Origin: an uncultured Candidatus Saccharibacteria bacterium
GTDB lineage: Bacteria > Patescibacteriota > Minisyncoccia > Phycocordibacterales > UBA12079
DNA: 32,367 nt
Direction: 5' to 3'
Assembly (NCBI GenBank): GCA_964449555.1
Contig: CAYUZR010000002.1
Coordinates: 1-32,367 of the forward strand
Within the stretch, counting starts at the first letter, position 1. Each line of letters begins with the position of its first letter. The translations under genes were made by a program, and so were the position numbers. The notes beneath the pieces were generated by a model. That model did no database searches. It saw nothing but the letters and a program-made list of their open reading frames with translations, and was not told the DNA's origin. This document shows positions 14,618 through 21,678 of this stretch, piece after piece.

Positions 14618-17166
14618 CCATGACACTTTTTAAATTTTTTGCCACTACCACAGTGACAAGGATCATTCCGCCCAATTTTTTCTTGTTCTGTTTTTACAAT
14701 CGGTTTTTGGACTGAATCTTCTCTTTCACTTCCCTCTTTTTCGGCAATACTTTTAGCTTGTTCTTGGGTTGCTTGTAAATTTTGTTGTTCACGAACAAAA
14801 GCACCTGCTCCCATATTTGGAATAAAATGTAAAATCTTTTCATTAATTACAAATTGCATTTCTTTGAACATTTGCAGACCTTCTTTTTTATATTCAACAA
14901 GTGGATCTCTTTGTCCATAAGCTCGTAAGTTAACAGAAGATCTCAAATAATCCATTACCTCCAAATGTTCCACCCAAAGCGTATCAATTGTTTGTAACAT
15001 TAATCTTCTCATTACAACAAAAAATTCTTCATCACCTAAAATTTCTCTTTTATCAGCAATAGTTTTTTCCATATTTTCTCTTGTTCCAAACTCCTCCTCA
15101 ACATCTACAGTAGCCTTGCTACTGTAGATTTCGTTGAGGATGTTATTTAGGGAATTTTCAACATCTTCATTTTTCCCAAATAAAATTTTTCGTCGTCTTT
15201 CATAAACAATTTTTCTTTGGAAATTCAAAACATCATCGTATTTCAAAACATGTTGTCGTGAATCGAAATTAAAACCTTCTATTTTTTCTTGTGCAGATTC
15301 GAGAGATTTTGTAATAACTCCATTTTTAATAGCTTCATCCTCAGGAATACCTAATCGTCCCATCATATTCTTAACTACATCAGAAGCAAATACCCTCATT
15401 AAAGTATCTTCCATTGAAACAAAAAATTGTGTTTCTCCAGGATCACCTTGACGACCAGAACGACCCCTCAACTGATTATCAATTCTTCGTGATTCATGTC
15501 GTTCTGTCCCTACCACAAAAAGACCTCCAAATTTTTTGATTTCTTCTTTTTGTTCGTCTGTCGCATGGACACCACCAAGTTTAATGTCAACTCCACGACC
15601 AGCCATATTGGTTGCAACCGTCACCTTTCCCTTTTCACCAGCCTGAGCAACAATTTCACCTTCATTATCGTGATTTTTAGCATTTAATACTTCATGTGGA
15701 ATACCCTCAGCACTTAAATATTGAGAAAGTAACTCATTTTTTTCAATAGATACTGTTCCGATTAAAACAGGTTGTCCTTTTTGATTTAATTCTTTGACTT
15801 TTCTTGCTAATGCTCTAAATTTTCCTGTTTCTGTTTGGAAGATTAAATCATTTTGATCAATCCTTTGAATATCCTGATGAGTAGGAATCTCAATAGTTCC
15901 TAGTCCATAGACCTTATGAAATTCTTCAGAAGAAGTCTGAGCGGTTCCCGTCATTCCTGAAAGCTTTTTGTAAAGTCGAAAATAATTTTGAAAAGTAATC
16001 GAAGCAAAAGTCCTCGATTCTTTTTGAACCTCTAATCCTTCTTTGGCTTCAATGGCTTGATGAAGACCTTCAGACCATCGTCTTCCTGGTTGCATTCGTC
16101 CAGTAAACTCGTCAACAATAACAACCTCACCATTTTTTATCACATAATCTTTGTTATTTTCAAAAAGTGCCTTAGCCCGCACAGCTGTTTCAAGGTGATG
16201 CACAGATTTTATTCCTTTATCAGTATAAATATTATCAATTCCCAATGCTTTTTCTGTCTTTTCAATTCCAGCATTCGTCATTTTTATAGCTTTATATTTT
16301 TCTTCAACCTCAAAATCCTGTTCTTTTACCATCGTCTTTGCAATCTGTGCAAATTTTGCATACAAATCTTCTGATTCGGTAGTTGGAGTTGAAATAATTA
16401 AAGGAGTTCGTGATTCATCAATAAGAATAGAATCAACCTCATCAACAATCGCAAAGTTATATTCTCTTTGTCTGATTTCGTTTTTTCTATATTCGATATT
16501 ATCTCTCAGATAATCAAAACCAAACTCGTTGTTAGTTCCATAAGTTATATCTGCTTCATAAGCTTCTTTTCTAGAACAAGGTCTTAAAAATTCTTCAACA
16601 ACTTTATATGAACCCTCTTCGTCTCTTTCTTCATCCATCTCTTTATGATTAGGATCATAAATATATGATGAGTCACTATTTATAACTCCAATAGTAAGAC
16701 CAAGAGCAGAGTAAATTTGCCCCATCCAAACAGCATCCCTTCGTGAAAGATAATCGTTTACAGTAACAACATGGACTCCCTTTCCTCCAAGGGCATTGAG
16801 ATAAACCGGCAATGTTCCTACTAAAGTTTTTCCTTCACCTGTTCTCATCTCTGTAATTTTTCCTTGATGTAAAACAATTCCTCCTATTAACTGAACATCG
16901 TAATGTCTTTCATTAAGGGTTCTTTTTGCTGTTTCTCTAACTACTGCAAAAGCTTCTGGGAGGATATCATCAAGTGTTTCATTTTCTTTTAGTCTTTTTT
17001 TGAATTCCTTTGTCTTATCTTTCAATTCTTCATCAGACAAATTCAAAACACCCTCTTCAAGAGAGTTAATTTTATCAACAATTGGTTGAATCGATTTTAA
17101 GTATTTTTTATTTTCGTCACCGAAAAGTTTCTTTAGTATCTGCATAGTTGAATGCCATTTTAACAT
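14611..17166 (-). CDS. secA: preprotein translocase ATPase SecA
   Basis: MRTGEGKTLV, DEVDSILIDESRTPLIIS, TNMAGRGVDIKLGG, and a C-terminal zinc motif CHCGSGKKFKKCHGK. Family N-termini suggest the real start is the ATG at 17145 (MQILKKLFGDEN). Confidence 0.95.
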   Translation of the reverse strand: MLKWHSTMQILKKLFGDENKKYLKSIQPIVDKINSLEEGVLNLSDEELKDKTKEFKKRLKENETLDDILPEAFAVVRETAKRTLNERHYDVQLIGGIVLHQGKITEMRTGEGKTLVGTLPVYLNALGGKGVHVVTVNDYLSRRDAVWMGQIYSALGLTIGVINSDSSYIYDPNHKEMDEERDEEGSYKVVEEFLRPCSRKEAYEADITYGTNNEFGFDYLRDNIEYRKNEIRQREYNFAIVDEVDSILIDESRTPLIISTPTTESEDLYAKFAQIAKTMVKEQDFEVEEKYKAIKMTNAGIEKTEKALGIDNIYTDKGIKSVHHLETAVRAKALFENNKDYVIKNGEVVIVDEFTGRMQPGRRWSEGLHQAIEAKEGLEVQKESRTFASITFQNYFRLYKKLSGMTGTAQTSSEEFHKVYGLGTIEIPTHQDIQRIDQNDLIFQTETGKFRALARKVKELNQKGQPVLIGTVSIEKNELLSQYLSAEGIPHEVLNAKNHDNEGEIVAQAGEKGKVTVATNMAGRGVDIKLGGVHATDEQKEEIKKFGGLFVVGTERHESRRIDNQLRGRSGRQGDPGETQFFVSMEDTLMRVFASDVVKNMMGRLGIPEDEAIKNGVITKSLESAQEKIEGFNFDSRQHVLKYDDVLNFQRKIVYERRRKILFGKNEDVENSLNNILNEIYSSKATVDVEEEFGTRENMEKTIADKREILGDEEFFVVMRRLMLQTIDTLWVEHLEVMDYLRSSVNLRAYGQRDPLVEYKKEGLQMFKEMQFVINEKILHFIPNMGAGAFVREQQNLQATQEQAKSIAEKEGSEREDSVQKPIVKTEQEKIGRNDPCHCGSGKKFKKCHGK

Positions 17167-17191
17167 AAATCGGTCCAGATTACGAAGAAAA

Positions 17192-17232
17192 ACAAAAAAC
17201 CGCTAAACGGTTTTTTGTGCCGTTTGGCGGTT
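17192..17232 (-). terminator. intrinsic terminator
   Basis: On the minus strand: aaccgccaaacgg (rc of 17220-17232) / ccgtttagcggtt (rc of 17198-17210), 12 of 13 positions paired, then UUUUUGUUUUU. Starts 5 nt after the TAA at 17237-17239. Confidence 0.75.
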
Positions 17233-17236
17233 AGTT

Positions 17237-17716
17237 TTAAGTTGCCTGTTCAATATCTTTGCGAGTTGAAACAATCAATTCTGCATTTCGAAAATAGCAG
17301 TCTTCAGCTAACCAGAAAGTATAACGCATTGGCATACCTTCACGAAGAAGACGGGGTTCAGACACAAGATCTTCTGATAAACCAGCAAATTGTCCATCAG
17401 AACAAAGAGGATAACTCTCACGGCTTGGATCAAAATCGCCATAATGAAGAGAAAAACAAAAATCTATACCTGCGGAAGAAAGAATCTTGTTCAAAAATTT
17501 CATACCGCAATTATGACTAATGTCTCTGATTTCGTCAGAATTATATCCTTCACGCCCATCGACAAGAGTCACTCAAACACTTTTTGTTACTCCTTCAGAT
17601 TTTTCTAAAAGAAAAAGTAAGAGTTGTTTTGCTGATTTTGACCTCTCCTCACCACCTTTCCATTTGAAATTTAGGATGTTTTCTTTAATTTTTGCAATAA
17701 CTTTTTTCTTTTCCAT
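17237..17716 (-). CDS. hypothetical protein with one in-frame TGA (47 aa, TGA at 17573-17575, then 111 more codons)
   Basis: AAGGAG (rc of 17724-17729) lies 7 nt before the ATG at 17716. MEKKKVIAKIKENILNFKWKGGEERSKSAKQLLLFLLEKSEGVTKSV-TGA-VTLVDGREGYNSDEIRDISHNCGMKFLNKILSSAGIDFCFSLHYGDFDPSRESYPLCSDGQ... The track shows only 17237..17572, with GTG read as M. Confidence 0.6.
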
Positions 17717-17769
17717 TTATCATCTCCTTTTTTTGAAAATATTTATTTTTTCAGTTCCTGTTTAATATA

Positions 17770-18840
17770 TTACCACTCAACAACTTCAAAGTCAATATCT
17801 AAACCTGTTTTTTGTTTTACATCTTGCTGAATTTTTTGGGCGAGATTTTTTATTTGACTACAAGTGGCGTTTTTGTGGTTAATGAGAATTAGGGGGTGTT
17901 TTTTGTAACATCCTGCGTCCCCTTTCTTGTAACCTTTTAAGTTTAGGATTTTGTCGAGGATGTAAGCAACGGGGATTTTGTAAGTATTACCTTCAATTGC
18001 TCGTAGGGTACCGGGTAGCACCCCTTCGCTACGCTTCGGGGGGTACCCGGTACCCACATCGCACTTATAGTAAGGAATGTCAGGATATTTTTTTAAAAGT
18101 TTATCCAATTGGTTTTTAGTGATAATTGGATTTTTGAAAAAAGAACCAGCTGTTCCTATTTTTTGCCAATTGGGAAGTTTTTCATTCCGAGTCTGAAGAA
18201 TTTCTTTTCTTTTTTCTTTTAAATCTTTTGAAGATGTTTTTTGAAGATTGTAAGCAATTTTCAGAACAATCCAATTTAATTGTTTTTTAAAAACCGAATC
18301 GCGATAACCAAAACGACAGTCTGAGTTTTTTAGTTTTATTATTTTTTTTGTTTCTATATCAAAAACTTCAACCCAATCAACAATATCAGATACTTCTGTT
18401 CCATAAGCCCCAATATTTCCAACAACCGAAGCACCAACTGTTCCGGGAATGCCAGAAAGGTTTTCTAGGCCAGAAAGACCTTGATTAATTGTGTAAACAA
18501 CAAAATCATCCCAGGTCTCTCCTGCTCCTGCTATTATTTGAACAAAATTACTACCAGAAACCGGGTTACTCACTCCGCTTCGCTTCGCAGTAACCCGGTT
18601 TCTGTCCGTAATTTCCATTTTTATCACAAGACCATTGACACCTTTGTCAGAAACAAGGAGGTTGGAACCTCCACCGAGAATATAAACAGGTAGTTGCTTT
18701 CGCTTTGCGAAAGCAACTACCTGTTTTAAATCTTCAATATTTTTCACAACAACAAAATATTTTGCCGGACCACCGATTTTAAAAGTAGTGTGATCTTTTA
18801 GTAAAATGTTTTGTCGAATTTGCATGACTTTAAAAAACAA
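17770..18840 (-). CDS. murB: UDP-N-acetylenolpyruvoylglucosamine reductase MurB carrying two in-frame palindromic insertions
   Basis: LKDHTTFKIGGPAKYF, ILGGGSNLLVSD, GLENLSGIPGTVGASVVGNIGAYG, GSFFKNP, KKHPLILINH. The likely start is the ATG at 18825 (MQIRQN); the track start at 18840 is a TTG. Confidence 0.9.
   Translation of the reverse strand: MFFKVMQIRQNILLKDHTTFKIGGPAKYFVVVKNIEDLKQVVAFAKRKQLPVYILGGGSNLLVSDKGVNGLVIKMEITDRNRVTAKRSGVSNPVSGSNFVQIIAGAGETWDDFVVYTINQGLSGLENLSGIPGTVGASVVGNIGAYGTEVSDIVDWVEVFDIETKKIIKLKNSDCRFGYRDSVFKKQLNWIVLKIAYNLQKTSSKDLKEKRKEILQTRNEKLPNWQKIGTAGSFFKNPIITKNQLDKLLKKYPDIPYYKCDVGTGYPPKRSEGVLPGTLRAIEGNTYKIPVAYILDKILNLKGYKKGDAGCYKKHPLILINHKNATCSQIKNLAQKIQQDVKQKTGLDIDFEVVEW
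17995..18053. repeat. palindromic mini-element copy inside murB (in-frame, 18 codons)
   Basis: aattgctcgtagggtaccgggtagcaccccttcgctacgcttcggggggtacccggtac. Compared with 6204-6264, the 54-nt core (18000-18053) has one substitution and G6 instead of G8, and the 5-nt aatt(g/a) flank has one further change. Confidence 0.9.
18558..18601. repeat. second palindromic mini-element inside murB (13-bp arms, 18-nt loop)
   Basis: aaaccgggttact cactccgcttcgcttcgc agtaacccggttt. The loop shares CGCTTCG with the 18000-18053 element, and CTTCGCAGTAAC with 18986-18997. Confidence 0.85.
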
Positions 18841-18854
18841 AGCTAATTAATTTA

Positions 18855-19052
18855 AATAATTACTCACAGACACCGAGTTACTCGCTCAGTTTTTAAAAAT
18901 AATTAAATTTTCTTAAGTATCAAATACTTTCGTCCTATCGGATTTCAAATATTTGATACTAGAAAATTCATTATTTTTCTAAAACTTCGCAGTAACATCG
19001 GTCTCTCGTTCGTAATTTCAAAAACCGAAATTCGCTGATTTTGGAATTATTT
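18855..19052. repeat. long imperfect hairpin element B between the ligase-like gene stop and the murB start
   Basis: Arms gacaccgagttactcgctcagtttttaaaaataat...agtatcaaata (18869-18927) pair with tatttgatact...aaaacttcgcagtaacatcggtctc (18950-19005). The right-terminal 35 nt (19019-19053) match 6289-6323 at 30 of 35 positions. Confidence 0.75.
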
Positions 19053-21206
19053 CCAGATTTCTTGGATGTAATACTCACCCTGTTCTTTAAAATTTGGATC
19101 TAATTTTATAACCCCATTAATAGCCTCAACAGCTTTTTGCTTAAAACCAGCTTCTGAATATGTTGCTGCCAAAGATAATAAGGTTTGGGCATCACCCGGA
19201 TTATTTTCGACTCTCAATTCAGCTATTGAAATTGCTTTTTGATAATTATTTTTTGAAAGATATGCTTGAATAAGTCGGTCATCATCAACTAATATCGTAC
19301 CAAAACCTTCAATCAACAAGTCTTCTGCTTGTTGAATTTCATCAATTTTTATAAGAGAGGTTGCATAGCCAATTCTTAAACTATCAAATTGTGGAGCTAA
19401 CTCAAATGCTTTTTTTATATATTCGTTAGCAGTACCTAAATCACCTTTGAATGTATAAACACTTCCTGTTAATTCCAAAAGAGAAATTTTATTAGGAGAT
19501 AATTCCAATGCTCTATCTAAATGTATTGCCGAATTATCAAGATCACCAATTCTACCCAGAAAAGTTCCTGTTATTGACTCAATTCTTGCATTATTTGAAT
19601 CTTCTTCAATTTGTTTTTCAAGATTAATCAATATCAAGTTAGCCATTTCTTGTTGTGCTTGTGGATTTAAAGAAGGAAGATATTTTATTCCTGCCTGAGC
19701 AAATTGCTCTCTTGCTTCTTGCCTCCCAACAAAACCATAAGAAATTGCTTTTTCAAAATATTCAAAATTCTTTGTAGGACTATCCTTGTGAGACTTCAAT
19801 GCATTCAATAAATTAAGATTTGTTGCTATTGGTTTTGCATTAAAGAAATAAATAGAGAAAAGAGCAGTAATAATAACCACAGGTATAGCAATAGAGTTAA
19901 TGCCATCAGAAATCTTAACTGTAGAAACTGTTTCTTCATCCACATTTATACTATGAATATATCCAAGAAGTGAGAAAAATAAGATGTAGCTAATTAAATG
20001 GTCAAAAACAAATAAATTATGGACAAAATACCCTACCAATAAACCAATTATTATACCTTTATCCAAAGTATTAAAATAATTATTTTCATCCTTAATTAAA
20101 TAATAAATAATTATCAAAAACAAAGCCAAATACCCCAGTAAGCCGAGCAAGCCTCCAGCAATTAACCAATCAAAGAAAACATTATGTGTTCTGTCGAACC
20201 ACTGTTCTTGATCGTACATATCTGGATTGTAATATTTATTGAAAACATAATTAAAGTTTTCTTGACCCCATCCCAAAACAGGATTTTCTTTAAAACCCTC
20301 CCAGGCCATTCCCCAAACCATAAAACGAGATCGTGTAGTTTTTTCCTCTAAAGAAATATCAGCTAAACGATTCAAAACAGGATGTTTATTAACAAAAGAG
20401 GTTTCTCTCATACTTATAAATAGACCAACAAAAACAACCAAACCAACAAGACTTCCTATACAAATTTTTCTCAATTTTTTATTTTGTCTTTCAAAAATAG
20501 CAACAACTAAACCAACAGTAAACATTCCTGCTAAAAAACCTAAAATAGCACCCCTCGTTCCTGTGTTATAGAGAATAACTGTTTGTAGAATTATTGCTAA
20601 ACCATAAAGCCATTTCAACAAACTATTTCCTCTTTCTCTGACCATGAAAAATAATGTTATGAAGATATGAAATAGCATATACACAGCTAAATAAGCCGAA
20701 TTTCCCATAGTAGCATCAAGCCTATCGGTACTTTGATGAATTTGGAATTTCCCCGCCATTTGCATTAAACCATAAAATCCCATTAACACACTGGCAAAAA
20801 TAGATATATTAAAAAACCGATGCCATAATTTCTCTGTCTGTAACACAGATGCGGTAACAACAAAAAATCCAAATAAATGCAACAAAGTTATCCAACCTTC
20901 CATTCTTTCAAAATTAGACCAAATACTTTTTAATGGATTTTCTCCTAAAATATCAGCTAAACCAATTATCGCAATGAACACCGCCGACAAAATAGCTATC
21001 CAAGAAAATTTTAATCTATACTTTTCATCTCTTAAAGCAAGAACAGCCCAAAGACACACCATTACCTCAACTAAAATTCTAAAAGCAAAAACTTTTCCTG
21101 TAATGAAGGGAAAAAATAAATTATTAAAAACCAAAAATGATATAAACGGAATTAAAAATACAATTCCTAAAATAGTGTTTCTTAAAATGTTATCTAAATT
21201 TTTCAT
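19047..21206 (-). CDS. O-antigen-ligase/polymerase-like (Wzy_C-type) polytopic membrane protein with a C-terminal TPR domain
   Basis: About 12 hydrophobic helices, then an ~240-aa soluble tail with TPR-like repeats (..LDRALELSPNK.., ..IKKAFELAPQF.., ..VENNPGDAQT.., ..VIKLDPNF..). The ATG at 21206 (MKNLDNILRN) is preferred over the track's TTG at 21314. Confidence 0.75.
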   Translation of the reverse strand: MKNLDNILRNTILGIVFLIPFISFLVFNNLFFPFITGKVFAFRILVEVMVCLWAVLALRDEKYRLKFSWIAILSAVFIAIIGLADILGENPLKSIWSNFERMEGWITLLHLFGFFVVTASVLQTEKLWHRFFNISIFASVLMGFYGLMQMAGKFQIHQSTDRLDATMGNSAYLAVYMLFHIFITLFFMVRERGNSLLKWLYGLAIILQTVILYNTGTRGAILGFLAGMFTVGLVVAIFERQNKKLRKICIGSLVGLVVFVGLFISMRETSFVNKHPVLNRLADISLEEKTTRSRFMVWGMAWEGFKENPVLGWGQENFNYVFNKYYNPDMYDQEQWFDRTHNVFFDWLIAGGLLGLLGYLALFLIIIYYLIKDENNYFNTLDKGIIIGLLVGYFVHNLFVFDHLISYILFFSLLGYIHSINVDEETVSTVKISDGINSIAIPVVIITALFSIYFFNAKPIATNLNLLNALKSHKDSPTKNFEYFEKAISYGFVGRQEAREQFAQAGIKYLPSLNPQAQQEMANLILINLEKQIEEDSNNARIESITGTFLGRIGDLDNSAIHLDRALELSPNKISLLELTGSVYTFKGDLGTANEYIKKAFELAPQFDSLRIGYATSLIKIDEIQQAEDLLIEGFGTILVDDDRLIQAYLSKNNYQKAISIAELRVENNPGDAQTLLSLAATYSEAGFKQKAVEAINGVIKLDPNFKEQGEYYIQEIWK

Positions 21207-21209
21207 GAT

Positions 21210-21678
21210 ATAGATTATAACGGAAAACAAATAGAGTTGAAAGAGATTAGAAAAGAAAGATATATAAGAGCATTCAAGCTGGCTAAAAAAGCTTTTGGCG
21301 GTTATAAAAAACAAATTGTCATCCTTTTAGGTCTTGGATTTTTAGGAGGTTTACTAGAAAGCCTTGGTGTAAACGCCATTATACCCCCTATTCTCTTTTC
21401 TTGATGGAACTTATTTGAAATCTGACGACATAATAATTAGAGTAATAAGAACTTTATTTGAATTCCTCCACATTCCTTTTACACTAAAATTCCTACTTAT
21501 ATCAATAGCTTCATTATTTATATTCAAAGCAATTGCTATATTCTATTCAAAATATCTTACAGAAAAAATATATGCTTCTTATATAAGAGATACACAAATG
21601 AAACTTTTTCGAAAAACTTTGGAGGCCTCCTGGCCGTATCTTTCCAAACAAAAAATCAGTTTTAAAGAGATTATTAAT
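21210..21678 (+). pseudogene. remnant of a low-GC ABC exporter (N-terminal transmembrane part only): no ATG, frameshifted at a C5 run, truncated
   Basis: Frame 1 reads ..YKKQIVILLGLGFLGGLLESLGVNAIIPP..TGA (21402-21404). Shifting one base at ccccc (21384-21388) gives LFSFLDGTYLKSDDIIIRV...LFRKTLEASWPYLSKQKISFKEIIN. This parallels residues ~25-175 of the 21674..23509 product. Confidence 0.75.

Noticed and set aside
21207-21314. N-terminal extension of the ligase-like ORF to the TTG at 21314
   Set aside because: The extension overlaps, on the opposite strand, the start region of the exporter remnant. It begins with a non-ATG codon and adds a low-complexity leader. The ATG at 21206 gives a normal N-terminus before the first TM helix.
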